NCBI GenBank assembly: GCA_951406725.2
Contig: OX597814.1
Location: 223,262,001-223,326,000 of the forward strand
Length of the DNA: 64,000 nt
From: Octopus vulgaris
Taxonomy: Eukaryota
Direction: 5' to 3'
Part shown: positions 15,731-28,800 of the stretch, piece by piece
Numbering within the stretch: position 1 is the stretch's first letter
Layout of the letters: each line of letters begins with the position of its first letter
Translations under genes and position numbers: made by a program
The notes under the pieces: model-generated
Told to the model about the DNA's origin: nothing
Database searches by the model: none
Seen by the model: the letters and a program-made list of their open reading frames with translations, nothing else

Positions 15731-16512
15731 AGTGTGCTGTAAAAAAATACAACAAAAGAGATTCTTACTTGATTCCAAAAACAAAACTGTGTTTAATATC
15801 ATTAGATACTGATATTGATTCGAGACTATGGCAATCAGATCTAAAACAGTATATTTAGCTATTGAACATAAAAGATATTGATTTTAACATCGACTAAGGT
15901 GACACATTAAACTTCAGTTTGATCGTTGTTTTTCTGTATTTGTTTTATATTATATTTTTTATTCCTGGCTTTTTTTTCTTATTTATTTCGTTTCAACTTT
16001 TCTACCGTCGTAAAAACCTGTGTATTTTTTTCTAAATCTCTTAATGATCGACCTTCATGACCCTTATGTTATCGCCATCAATACTTTGTGACTATCCGCA
16101 TTTGAGGGTTTTCGGGAAAATGGAAGCGATACCAAAAGAAAACTAGAATACAAAACATTAGACAGAGAGAGAGAGATAATTGTTTGAGTGGAAGTTTACT
16201 AATGTATTTTTTCTGCGTTCCAGTGTTTAGGTGGTTATGTCTGCGTATAATGTTTACTCTCGCCTTTTTTCTAAATTTTGTAATGATCATCATTATATTC
16301 CTTATCTACAAAATATCACCACTTCAGATTGTTACTAAAACATGATGCAGACTGTACTAACGCACTGCGCAAACATATATGCAAACAACGTTTACACATA
16401 TGTATATACATGCGTTCATACATATATAAATATATATATATATATATGCATATAAATACATATATTTACATATATGCTTATACATATATATATATATATA
16501 TATATATATGTG

Positions 16513-16558
<46 letters not shown>

Positions 16559-17039
16559 TATGTATATGTATATATATATATATTTGCAAATACATACATG
16601 TGCGTAAATGTGCGTGTGTGTGTGTGTATGTTTGTGTCTATGTGTCGCTGTCTGTATACCAGCACACACCATTTGGCCAAACAAGTAAATATCGAATTTC
16701 TGATGAAGTTTCTTAATGTTCTTCTTATCTACACATGTGCACTGATTGCTATTCACGATAATGGTTAACGTGTGTGTTAATCTATTTGTTTTATTTTTGC
16801 CACTATCCTTTCTCTTTTGAGACTCCGTTTGTTTGTTATGGAGAGGAATGGCGCACTATAGGGAATTGTACATCAGTACAGTCATATTTTTCATTGGTGA
16901 TGAGTGGCATAAATCAAGAACTGAGCTCCTTTGCGAATTGAGTTTTGAGGTCTGCCATTCCATTTCAATTTTCATTTATCGCATCTTCATTTTATGCAGC
17001 AACTGCTGCTACGGTTACTACTACAAGTTCTATTACTCC

Positions 17040-17089
17040 TGTTGCTGATACTACAACTGCTGCTGCTACTACTACTACTACTACTACTA

Positions 17090-17140
<51 letters not shown>

Positions 17141-17210
17141 TTACTACTACTACTACTACTACCACTACTGCCACTGCTGCTGCTGCCGCTGCTGATGTTG
17201 TTGTTGTTAT
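17040..17210. repeat. (CTA)n/(CTG)n microsatellite
   Basis: Direct; a similar (CTA)n tract lies at 23500-23553. Confidence 0.95.
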
Positions 17211-17659
17211 TAAGAAACAAGACAGGTAAGGGTGATTAGGTGATGGTGTAGGGCTTAGGGGCGGGAGACCCCAGACCTTGGAAAAAACAAACTTTGGTCG
17301 CCTTGTTGTGGTCGAGGGCTCTTCGTTGACGCCTGACACCACTGGGAGGTGGCCCTCGAAGTCGTTGGAAATGGAGATCTCCATGTCCAAATTCTTGAAC
17401 GGCTGCTGCTAACTTTGTTACTTCTCAAGGTATTTTATGATTTTTTTTCGTGTTTTGTAGAATTATCAGGGAACCTTTATTCTGTTGTCTAAGAACTGAG
17501 TTTATACAAGACAAGGCCTAGATTTGTCTATCATATCTTCTCCAAAGAGTTTCAATAAAAAATGTTGTTCTTTTTTAGCATTTACTGCTCCATAGTAGAA
17601 AAAAAAAACAAATATTAGAAACAATGAAACTTCTGTGATGTAGTAAAATCACTTAAGAT

Positions 17660-17830
17660 AGTGGTTACTGTATTTCACTCATGACCGATAGATCATGGTT
17701 TCGATTCCCAGACTGGATGGGCGTTGTGTTCATGAGCAATCACTTCATTTTACTTTGCTCCAGTCCACTCAGCTTCGTGATGGAGTGGCGTACAATGGGG
17801 AGCCGGTGAATCAGAAAAATCGTTTGAAGG
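17660..17830 (+). mobile_element. Degenerate tRNA-derived CORE-type SINE
   Basis: AGTGGTTA...GGTTTCGATTCCCAGAC head like 4757, then GCGTTGTGTTCATGAGCAATCACTTCATTTTACTTTGCTCCAGTCCACTCAGCT. Confidence 0.6.
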
Positions 17831-19179
17831 GCGGCCCCTCGAGTATTTTTGCGAATCTCGAGTGATTGAGACTGGTTGTTCAACCATGTCGAGGAAGGAA
17901 TCATATAGAACAACAGGAAAACTCACTGTAACCTAATAGCAATATGGTAAATGCTATTCCTTATTTGGTGTACTTTCGATATCTTTTTTTAAAATTGTGA
18001 TCAAAAATGTTATATTTATATGTATAATACTCACACACATTGTCAACAGTATTTAATTCTTATATTCAGAAGCTAATCCGTGTGACATAAATTCAGATAC
18101 TTCTTTATACGATTTCACACAGTTTACTGCACAACATAATTAATTAATTCACTAACGCCACTCATACATTACTATAGAAAAATACATCATAAATTACATA
18201 TGTAAACCAAAATATAGCTACAGATGTATAGATGTGAAATTATACATGGTTTGATGATCGTTTGTGATATTTAGAAATGCTTCTTAATAATGATTTCATA
18301 ATAATTTATATTATAAATTTTTGTTTTTTTTGTTGCTTTATTTTAAATCTCACAGAAAATTTTCAAATAATTTTTAGTAATAATGGAACTCTGGATACTA
18401 AGCGGAATTAGAGTTGTATCAGACAAAGAATCCTGCGCACAGTTGTGTCTGCTTCTGTAGTTTCTTTAAGTTCATAATTAATTTCATGTGCAGAACTTAC
18501 TGAAAAAAATCACTATTCAAAATTTTTCAATAGAATGTTTGACTTAATGAAATCTAATATTCGTCACACCTGCGTATACACCTTAACCCTTGAATTTTAC
18601 CTTCCTCCTTTCGAGATTCGTAAAATATACAACAGATAAGTACTAGAAATAATTAAATCGGCTCTGCCTTCATTCAAATTATGTCACATTGCGCTAATGT
18701 TGCCAATATATTTTTAAAATTTCGTTTTGTGGCAAAAAGTGGATTATTTAATCACGGTAGAAAAAGAACCCAGAAACAGTTTCAATACTCACTCAAAGCT
18801 TTATTACTTTACTTGAAGTGTTAATGTCTTTGGAAATAACATATTGACAGAACAGCCGCTGTTTTGCATTTCTACTTCCTTAAAATACAAAATTTATGCG
18901 TAGTTGAGATGAAATCAATATTAACGAGTTCGTTTATATCGATGAAGCAATATTACTAATCGATTAAACGCTGTTATGATATATATATCCTCTTCCAAGC
19001 ATATTAGCGATATAAAGTATCAGCGTTTGAGATAAAATAAAAGAAAATGTGTTTTAGAATTGTCAGAAGGTTATGCGCCGATGAATTTCTCAATAACTGA
19101 TTAAAGAGTTGCCCGCAGTTAACTGAGGGTCACTAAAATTGCTCCGATGTAAAACACTTCCTTTTTCATAGAACATGTT

Positions 19180-19570
19180 GAAATTGTGTGCCAAAGAAGT
19201 GTGCTTCCCAATCAAATAGTTGCCATTTTAGTCTCACTGAGTGGAACATTGGGCAAGTTTCTACTACAATACCCTCGGTCCGTACAAAGCTTTGCAAAGG
19301 GATTTAGGAGAGGGGAAACTGGAAGAAGCCCGTCGCACATATGTGTGTGTGTACTTTGTTTGTCCCCATCCACCGCTTGACAAACGGCATTGGTGTATTT
19401 ACAACCCCGTAATTTAACGGGTCGGCAAAACAGACCGATAAAATAAATATGAAGCTTAAGCAGAAGGAAAAAAGTAGTGGGATCGATGTGCTCGACTAAA
19501 ATTCTTCAAAGCGGTTCGCCCGCATTGCTGCAATATAAGACTGAAAGAAGTAAAGTCTAGAATACAGGAA
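19180..19570 (+). mobile_element. SINE family B, degenerate
   Basis: TTGGGCAAG, GGAAACTGGAAGAAGCCCGTCG, CACCGCTTGACAA and GACCGATA blocks collinear with 42797-43206. Confidence 0.7.
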
Positions 19571-20216
19571 AGTGAAATTCCTGTGTATATGTTTACGTAT
19601 ACACATACATATGTATGTTGGATTCAAATATAAGTACAAAACAAGCAATATTGTGGGAGAGTGCTAAGTTGTTTAAATCGATCCTAGTACTCAGCTGAAA
19701 CTTATTTTACTGCCCTTCCGAAAGAATCAAAATCAAAGATGGCAAGATGGCTGAATTGTTAGCACACCAAGCAAAATCCTAAACGTTCGTGTTTATGTTC
19801 TGATGTCAACTCTGTTTCCAACATCTTAGGAGGGCGATAAAATAAGGCCATTTGAGTACTGAGGTCAATTTAAGCAATATACTTATGTACGTGTGTAAGT
19901 AAGCATACATACGTGTATGTATGTGTACGTGTGCGCGCATGAGTAAAGAGAGCGAATTCGTAAGGGTTTTAGAGTGTTGAGTAGAATTCATCATTGTTTT
20001 AGTCTTTGTGGTCGAGTTCAAATCTTACTGAGTCAGTATTGATTTTGTTTTCTCCTCTCGGGATCTCGGTGTATTGGTGGAAATTTTCGAATATGATAAA
20101 TTAGACATCTTGTAAGTCTACGGCGTTTTGATTGTCACACCTGCGATGACACGATATACACATATATGTGCATATGCATATGTGCACACATATATATATA
20201 TGTATACATATGTATA

Positions 20217-20513
20217 TCACGTGATCACGTGACCGACGTGGGTATCAGATGTGGCTACACATCGCTGGTCACAATGCGCTTCGCATTGTTTTAGGCTTCA
20301 AATGACGCCACCCCGCTGGCTAAGCGAGCAGGCCAACAGAAGAAAGAGTGAGAGAAAGTTGTGGCGAAAGAGTACAACAGGGATCACCACCACCCACTTC
20401 CGAAGACTCGTGGAGTTTTGGGTGTGTTTGCTCAATAAACACTCTGGGAATCGAAACCGCGATCCTACGATCGCGAGTCCGCTGCCTTAACCACTGTGCC
20501 ATTGCGCCTCCAC
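20217..20513 (-). mobile_element. tRNA-Arg-like SINE sharing head and core with 4757-5138 but with a different 3' tail
   Basis: Reverse complement GTGGAGGCGCAATGGCACAGTGGTTAAGGCAGCGGACTCGCGATCGTAGGATCGCGGTTTCGATTCC; tail ends ...GTCGGTCACGTGATCACGTG. Confidence 0.85.
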
Positions 20514-22052
20514 CCATATGTGTATATGTATGTGTATATATATATGCGTTACATCCTGATTGTCACATCTGCGGCGGTGCTGGGACTAAGCTGTAGAGAC
20601 CTATATAGCATTTTTCCTTTCGAGAAACATATGTGGCATTCTGCCTGAAATCTTTCATTCATGGGCAGCAACTAATTTTTCCCGGAAAAGAAAATGAAAA
20701 ATTATCTTGGCTTTCCTCTCATCTCCCATCTGTAGCAAATGAAGTCATTCTTGAAAAATATCGTAACTAGACTGATTGTAGGGTACTTACTACAGCTTTA
20801 CGTAATATTCGTTCAGAAATATAATAGTGAAACGTGTGAAATTTAAAGATAACCACATAAAAAGTGTAAGAAAATTGTATAAATTTTGTTTTCCTTTCTT
20901 TTTTTTAACTCTCTCTACACAGTTACAGACAGAGAAGAAAATGAAATCCAAAATAAATAAGAGTAAATGATTTTCAGAAGAGAAATTACAACTTTCTAAA
21001 TTGAGAGTTTTTATGGTTATGTCCTATATAGCCTATAATGATCGCAATTGGCAATAATTCTAGTTGTAAAGGTAAAATACAAAACAAAATTTCTCCCAAT
21101 CAAAGCTACAGCCAATTTGTAAGGACGATATTAAATAAATAAATGCAAGAGCGCAACATCGACGAAGAAATAAAAATAATAATGATATTAGCAGCACAAT
21201 TTTTATTAAAAAAATACGTATAAAATGATCATTTCTTGGAAAGGAATAAAAATAAAATCGTTAAAAAAATTATTCGTTTTATCAAGTGGATGGTTTAAAA
21301 CTCTCTTTTATAAACAACGTGCCCCGCAGATCCTTTAATTCTATCGAAGGCTTTTAATCAGACCTTAGACCTTACAAGACTACTACAATTTAAAGTATTC
21401 ACTATCATGTAAATTACCCAGTAAAGATCAAAAACAAAGTAAACAAATAATTGTTACTTTGCTCTGGAATTTATGCAATTATCAGCGAATCGGAGTGCAA
21501 TTCGACATAATGAAGTTTCATTATCGGAAATAAAAAGATAAAATATCGTAAACGGGAAATAAATGAAAGAAATGAAAAAAAGTAGTTAACATTTAGGTAC
21601 TAAAGACAAATTTGATCACCGTATTAATAAAAGAAAAACATGTTGAGAAATTCTGTATATTTGCGTAGATGTGTATCTTCGTGTGAATAAATGTTTGTCT
21701 GCACATACATATATGCAAGTATGTGTATGGATGTATATAATTATACGCACATACACATATGCGTGTAGTGGTAAATATATGCATATTAATGTGTTCATTT
21801 ATAGGTTACTATTTTTAGAGCGCTTGTTGCATTATATTTTTAAAAGTCTGTGGCCAAAGAGATTGACAAGAAACAAGGTAAACTATGCAGGAACATTACG
21901 TATTTTAATCAATGGCAACACTATATGAAAGGCTCATTGTGTTGCAGTAACCAGTTAAGGAACGGATACACTTAATTATGGCCGTCTATACGTATATAAA
22001 CTTACACACACACACACACACACACATACATATGTTGACATAAGTTCCTTGC

Positions 22053-22135
22053 TTTTCCTGATGAGAAAGCGGCATAATATACTCCTTATTCCTTCGCAAT
22101 TAGGAATATGCAGCCTTCGAAATTTATGCCGAAAA
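22053..22135 (+). ncRNA. Degenerate type I hammerhead ribozyme motif (solo PLE-like relic)
   Basis: Stem I TTTTC/GAAAA; canonical core CTGATGA 22058-22064; stem II GAAAGCGGCATA/TATGCAGCCTTC (10 of 12 pair); GAAA 22119-22122; cleavage dinucleotide is CC rather than UH. Confidence 0.6.
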
Positions 22136-22233
22136 TAAAGGAATTTTGTTAATTCGTCGTTCAACTCCATTCTTTCATATATTTATATATATATATATGT
22201 ATATATATGACCTTTTGCCAAACCTGTATATAT

Positions 22234-22279
<46 letters not shown>

Positions 22280-22283
<4 letters not shown>

Positions 22284-22497
22284 TTCTTTACTACCCACAA
22301 GGGGCTAAACACAGAGGGGACAAACAAGGACAGACAAAGGGATTAAGTCGACTACATCGACCCCAGCGAAACTGGTACTTAATTTATCGACCCCGAAAGA
22401 ATGAAAGGCAAAGTCGACCTCGGCGGAATTTGAACTCGGAACGTAACGACAGACGAATTTCGCCCGGCGTGCTAACGTTTCTACCAGCTCGCCGCCT
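22280..22497 (-). mobile_element. SINE family A, tail type 1
   Basis: Near-identical to 38297-38529; inserted in (TA)n. Confidence 0.9.
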
Positions 22498-23499
22498 TTA
22501 TATATATATATATGGCGTTTGTTTATATAGTTGCAGGTGTATATAGACTTCTCACATCAGGTTTGAATGTGCACGAGCATACATTTATATTCGAAATTTT
22601 CTCTCTTTATGCACATTTAAATATTTATTCAATAATGAAGATTCTTTCACGAATATTTCTCCTTATATTCCCTTATTACCATATATATATACTTGTGCGT
22701 GTACATACGTATCTATACATGTACATTATATATTTGCATACACGTGTGTGTGGGTGTGTGTTTACTTAATTATGTATATATGTGCAAGTATATTTGTTGG
22801 TAATGTCGAAGTTAAATTTGATTTACAAATTAGCTATTGAATAGATTGAGCAGTAAAATAGATACACTTATAAAATGACATTAAAATAAATCGCATTAAA
22901 ATGCAAGAATATAAGTTATTAATATATTCCTCGTTGAAGACAATTTACTACAATCTCCTCACTTAATTCAGACAGCAGACCGCGAAATATATATAAAGTA
23001 AAATAATTTGTTCTTTGAATATTCGTATGTCATATTGAACATGTAGATTCAAAACGAAAGAATTATTGTACAGAGACATGCCTTCAGAAACTTTACAGAT
23101 CTACATTGTGATTTTACAATAGAGGCATTAATATATGTTTCTTCTTTAATTTAATCAGATAGAGGGAGGCTAAACCTTAGGTTTCACATCTCCTCTGCGG
23201 TTGGTTACACTGATTTTGTTCAAGGTTTCCTTGAGCTTCTCCATGTAAACGACTGCAAGAAAAAATATAAACAAGTGTTGTTAGGTGATTGTAGATAGAT
23301 GAGGTTACGTGAAGTAAAGATTGAACATGGTGATTTGTACGGCTCTGAGATGGGTATAGTGAAAGGAATTAAATAAATAGAGACGAGAAGGTCGGATTGG
23401 TGGAACAGAATTGCAATTCAGTAGCTGCAAAGTGCAGAAAACACCATAGCAGCAGCGATTGAAGTACTCCTACCACCACCATCACTGCCACCGATGATG

Positions 23500-23553
<54 letters not shown>

Positions 23554-23899
23554 TAGCGTGTGTATCTTTAACAGAAAATATTGCAGCGTACTGAGGAGTG
23601 ACACCTTCCCAATCGAATATGTGGGAGTGTTTTGAATACAGCTAGGTTTGTATTAATAACACTCTCCAAGGTACATGAGCATATTCCACTTTGTTTCGGA
23701 CATCAGCTGAGTATTTACTCGAATTACTTTCTGTCTCTGAAGACGAAGACTACTGTATTGCACGCAGTTCTTTGCTATGCTATGGCTGTTAGAAAGGCTA
23801 TATAACATATCACAAAATGCTATCTCGGAGAGGAAAAATACCAGAGTTTTTTTTTTGCGTTTGACCTGCTCTTGTTCAGATTCAGTCAGATTTGATCAT

Positions 23900-24150
23900 T
23901 CACTTTTTATTTTACTGGCTTCAGTCATTAGACTGCGGTCATGTTGGAGCAGCGTCTTAAGGAATTTTTACCCGAGGGAATCGACCACACTACTTATTCA
24001 TGTGAAGCCTAGTACTTATTCCATCAGTCTCTTAGACCCGAACTACTAAGTTACACACCAGCAGTGGCTCTCATGCGGTTTCAGTGGCGTACAAACAGAG
24101 ACACTAAGACACACGCACATATACATATAAATATACATAGATATGTACAA

Positions 24151-24205
<55 letters not shown>

Positions 24206-24386
24206 TGTGTGTGTGTGTGTGTACAATGGGTGTCTCACAGTTTCCGCCTACTGAATCCACTAACGAGGGTTTAGCTGGCCCGAGACTATAAGAGAAACTC
24301 TTTCCCAAGTTTCCACGCCGTGGGATTGAACCCGGAACAATATGGACGAGAAGCAGGCTTCTTACCACACATCCACGCTTGCACCT
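23900..24386 (-). mobile_element. SINE family B with internal (TG)n
   Basis: Reverse-complement match to 42797-43206 (TTCAGTCATTAGACTGCGG...GGGATTGAACCCGGAAC...CTTCTTACCACAC). Confidence 0.8.
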
Positions 24387-24827
24387 ATCCGATCAGACTT
24401 ATGATGAAAGGTGAGGGTACGTTATATTTAGCAGATTGAGGTACCATAATGATTTCTTGGTAGTGCTGTGACATAATTTTACTGTTGAAAGAGAAAAGAT
24501 TGAGAAGGCTTCACTGAGGGAAGTAATTATTCACTTATATCCTCCTAAGTGGCCCAGCAGAGATGGGTCTCTCGAAATCCTGCATCCGATGGAGAATAAT
24601 TATGAACATGGTAGAGGATATTTGATTGCCAATCAAATATGAGTATCTTTGCACTGTTTGTTGTCAGTCTTTAGAGAACAAATCTTTTCAACCCGTTCCC
24701 TCTTACAAGAAGTATATTTGAGAAAAACAAGAGAACAAAGAACGCAGACATTTTTGCACGTGTGTATACTTTTTCGTTTTAAAGAAAATGTGTTGTCAAT
24801 ATATATATATATGATGATGTACAATGC

Positions 24828-25047
24828 ATTCTTTTCTACTCAAGGCCTGAAATTTTTTTTTGGGGGGGGGTGACCAGTCAATTAGATCGACCCCAGTAGG
24901 CAACTAGTACTTAATTTATCGACCCCAAAAGGATGATAAGCTCAGTTGACCTCCGCGAAATTTGAACTCAGAAGGTAAAGACAGACGAAATTCCGCTAAG
25001 CATTTCGCCCGATATGCTAACTTTTCTGCCAGCCAGCTCGCCGCCTT
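24828..25047 (-). mobile_element. SINE family A, tail type 2
   Basis: TTTTCTACTCAAGGCCTGAAATTTT...ATCGACCCCAG...TTTGAACTCAGAA...CCAGCTCGCCGCC. Confidence 0.85.
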
Positions 25048-25429
25048 ATGATCTGCAATATACTATTGTACGACTGATATAACACTATGATATAACACTA
25101 AGAGCACACTGGAGAACAAGTGTCTGTAACGAGATATGTTTGTGAAAAGATGGAAGCCTTTGGTGAGCAAGTTGGGTGCGATTGGCACCAGATAAGTAAG
25201 GTCCGGTTAAAAAATAATGGTTCTACCCAGATGACCGGGTGCCTATCTTTCAACGCTCCTCATTGTTGAACGCAATGATTTACTCAAAATTTAAACTTTT
25301 TATTGCATATTTCATCGATTCATTTTTTCATCCGATCGATTTGACATTTTTAAAACGTAAAAGCTTCTTCACCCTATATGTTTGCCTGTCCTTGTTTGTC
25401 CCCTCTCTGTAATATATGTATGGCAAATC

Positions 25430-25730
25430 TATATGAAATAAAGAAGCTTCTTTCGCAACCAGAAGGCTCCGGATTCAGCCCCACTGTGTGGCACTCTGCC
25501 TTCTATTATAATCCTCACACCGGTCAAAACATTCTGAGTGGATTTGGTAAGAGGAAACTGAGAGAAGCCCAACGTATATACGTGTGTTCATGAGCCTGTG
25601 AGTTTATGTATGTACCCCACCACCGCTTAACAGCCGATGTTGGTGTGTTTACGTCTGTGTAACTTAGCGGTTCTGCTAAGAACAACTACCAGTCTGGTGA
25701 CTGAAACAAGTAAAAGAACAAAAGAATAAA
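25430..25730 (+). mobile_element. SINE family B, internally deleted
   Basis: AAGAAGCTT...CCCACTGTGTGGCAC...GAGTGGATTTGGTA...GACTGAAACAAGTAAAAGA. Confidence 0.7.
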
Positions 25731-25871
25731 TATACTGATATATAAACCTCTACCCGTTTATTATTATCCACTGTAGAGTTGTTGCCTTGAACTCTTTTCT
25801 CTTTTTTTTGTGGGATGAAGGTAATGTTCACAGCATAGAACTACTAACAACATTGTCAGTATTCTGAGTTT

Positions 25872-25945
<74 letters not shown>

Positions 25946-25946
<1 letters not shown>

Positions 25947-27182
25947 GGGGTGTAGATTTTCTAATTGTATAGATTAGGATGGAGTCTAAATTATAAATAT
26001 TACCAGTTTGAATAATCACTTGTACTATTTTTTTAATTTTTGATTGAACAAATTATAAATGTTAATAAAAAGTTAAACCACAGGAATGTAATTTCCGAAT
26101 TATTCCGCGCAGATAACAGTGCTGGGGAGTCTGTTAGAGCGACAAAGTATACCAATTTTTTCTGTTTTTAGTGTTTTAGCCAATTTGAGGGAAACCATGA
26201 TGCTCAGAGAATGCTTCACAGTCCTAGTAGTGACCGAAAACGCACACCTCGTTTCTTAACAGTACTTAAAATATCAATTGAATCAAACCCATCAAAATCG
26301 ATGGTGAAGTTGGCTCAAGATCTAGGAATCAGTTAAATGACCATTTTTAGGGCTGCGAGACAAGATTTCCATATGAAATCGTCCGGGAGGAGACACCATA
26401 ACATCCTAACTACCCGCTTCAAAGCCATTCGACCTGAATGAAATCCAAAATGTTTTGGTCATCGTGGCGGAGACGTCCGCATCTTCGTGGATGAAAAAAA
26501 GTTCATGGTAAACAAAGCTACAAACTGTCAAAATCCACGAGTGATAACATACGACCCTTCCCAAGTTCTTTCAGCTGTGCATAGCAAGAATCCGGCTTCC
26601 CTTATGGTTTTGGAGCTGTTGCAAGTGATGGGAAATTGATGCCTCCTTATTTTATCGAACCGAGTCTTAAAATCAACACAGCAGAATATCTTCAAATCTT
26701 AGAAGTTTTGCTACTTTAAATGAGGAATCATTATGATGCAACTCGAGTAATGTTTGTATAGGACTCTGCGCCCATCCATTCTTCGAAAAGAGTGCAAGAA
26801 TTTTTGAAGAAGGAATTGCCCATCTTTGTTCCTAAATAAATCTTGCCCTCTAGCTCCCCAGATTCGAATCCGTGTGATTGTTGGCTGTAAGGCGCAGTTG
26901 AAGCAATATCTAAGGCAACTTCTCACAACTGCGTGTCTTCAATGAAGGCTTCGATTAAGCGAGCATTCGATAAAACGAAAAATGAAGGAATAGTTAAGGC
27001 ATGCGCATCATTTCGTAAACTGATTGAACTGGTAAAGAAAACGAATGACGGTCACATTAAACTGAAATAAATGTTAAACACTCCACAATAAATTAAGCAT
27101 AATATTTGTAGTGTTTGATTTTCCTGAATTATAGCAATCATAATAAAAATATTTAGATTGTCCCAATTTACATGTTATTCCC

Positions 27183-27184
<2 letters not shown>
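25946..27184 (+). mobile_element. Decayed maT (DD37D) Tc1/mariner-superfamily transposon
   Basis: Frameshifted transposase: FVDEKKF (~26483), GAVASDGKLMPPYFIEPSLKINTAEYL, DSAPIHSSKRVQEFLKKELPIFVPK*ILPSSSPDSNPCD with 37 residues between the last two Asp; ends TA-CGGGG...CCCGG-TA in (TA)n tracts. Confidence 0.85.
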
Positions 27185-27233
<49 letters not shown>

Positions 27234-27237
27234 GTAT

Positions 27238-27651
27238 ATTCTTTTATTCTTTTATTCTTTAACTTGTTTCAAGCATTTGCCTACGGCCGTGCTACAGTAC
27301 CACCTTAAGGGGTTTTAGTCGAGCGAGTCGACCTCAGGACTTATTCTCTCTAAGTCTAGTACTTATTCTTTTATCTTTATTGCCGAACTACTAAGTTAGA
27401 GGGAAGTAAACACACCAGCATCGGTTGACGAGCGATGGTGGGGGAATAAACACAGACACAGACACAAACACACAAATATATATATATATATATATATACG
27501 ACAGGTTTCTTTCAGTTTCCGTCTACTAAATCCACTCACATAGCTATGATCGGTTTACCAGAAGAGACTTTCCCAAGGTACCACGCAGTGGGACTAAACC
27601 CAGAACTATGTGGTTGAGAAGCAATATTCCTACTGCACAGCTACGCCTCCG

Positions 27652-27655
<4 letters not shown>
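27238..27655 (-). mobile_element. SINE family B
   Basis: Full reverse-complement match to 42797-43206, with internal (TA)n and (TTTTATTC)n tail. Confidence 0.85.
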
Positions 27656-27692
<37 letters not shown>

Positions 27693-27694
27693 TG

Positions 27695-27734
<40 letters not shown>

Positions 27735-28429
27735 CATCTGTGTATTGAGGTAAGAAAAGATGAATTTAAGTTATTGAAAGAGAAAATCACATCTCTTACA
27801 TTCAGATGTTGCATTATGGGAACGCTAAATCGTATCTGAACTCGCCTTCACGTTTGAACATTTCTTAAACAATTATTCTGCGCATGTGTTTCCTCTTTGC
27901 ACTCGGTTTCTTTCCGGAAGATCTTCCTGATATTCCGCCTGCTATTCTTCGTTCATGTTATTTCAAAGCACTTCTCTTTGACCTGTTGTTGTCGCTGAAG
28001 ATCTGATCATTGTTTCCAGAACGCGTTCACTCTTCGTAGTTGGAAGTTCCCTTTTTCCGAAATCATGAAATGCCATGTTATCTCCACTTCGGTTGTATTT
28101 ACCTCAAATTTTTTTTCGCATTTCATGATGTTTTTCTCTCACCCTTTGTAAATCTACTCTTATTCGTTGCTTTGATGTTTCAAGTCATTGATTTTCTTCC
28201 AAATAGAATGTGAAGTTAAAAGTTGTATTGCAAAATATATGTGAAGTTAAAAGTTGTATTGCAAAAATTTTGAGCTACTTTAAAAAGGTAAATTATTGTA
28301 AAAAATACGAAACCAAGAATGCTTTTTCTTGCTATCTTGTTAACTGCTGCATCACAAATGTAAAATTGTGAGTGAAAAGTCTTTCCATCGCAAAAAGTGA
28401 AATTGTTTTCCTCGAAAATCAAATCATGA

Positions 28430-28800
28430 ACAACGTAAGAAACTAAGATTCACTCAAAGTGTGGGTGTATAGGAGAATACTTTCAGCATCTTACAATGAC
28501 ACGGGAAGCATTAATGGGATGCTATAACAAGAAGACGAAAGACGACACCACCTGTACATTGTCAAAAAAGCAAAAGCTCATCTGTCGTGACCATTCATAT
28601 TCGAAGGAGCAGAGGTCTGGAGAACATCATCATAGAACGAAGAATAGAGGCAGCAAAGAACGTATCAATATTTGGACAATAGTGACAAGGCAGTTAGAGA
28701 ACTCACGCTTAATCAAAAGTTCCGTTGTTGTGTCACCAATGCGTTGTCAACGTACGATACATGACAATGAGTTAAAAGTATCGCATCCAGATCGTATGTG
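28430..28800 (+). mobile_element. Decayed 3' end of an RTE-clade LINE
   Basis: DSLKVWVYRRILSASY and HIRRSRGLENIIIERRIE resemble RTE AFEMWCYRRMLRISW and GHIMRRxGLExxIIxGKIEG. Confidence 0.6.

Noticed and set aside
20129-20573. 17-bp direct repeat TGATTGTCACA-CTGCG (20129-20145, 20557-20573) as TSD of the SINE
   Set aside because: Not adjacent to the SINE ends (40-70 bp away); probably a short local duplication.
28208-28266. 28-bp unit repeated twice, superficially CRISPR-like in length
   Set aside because: Only two copies with a 3-bp gap in eukaryotic DNA; simple tandem duplication.
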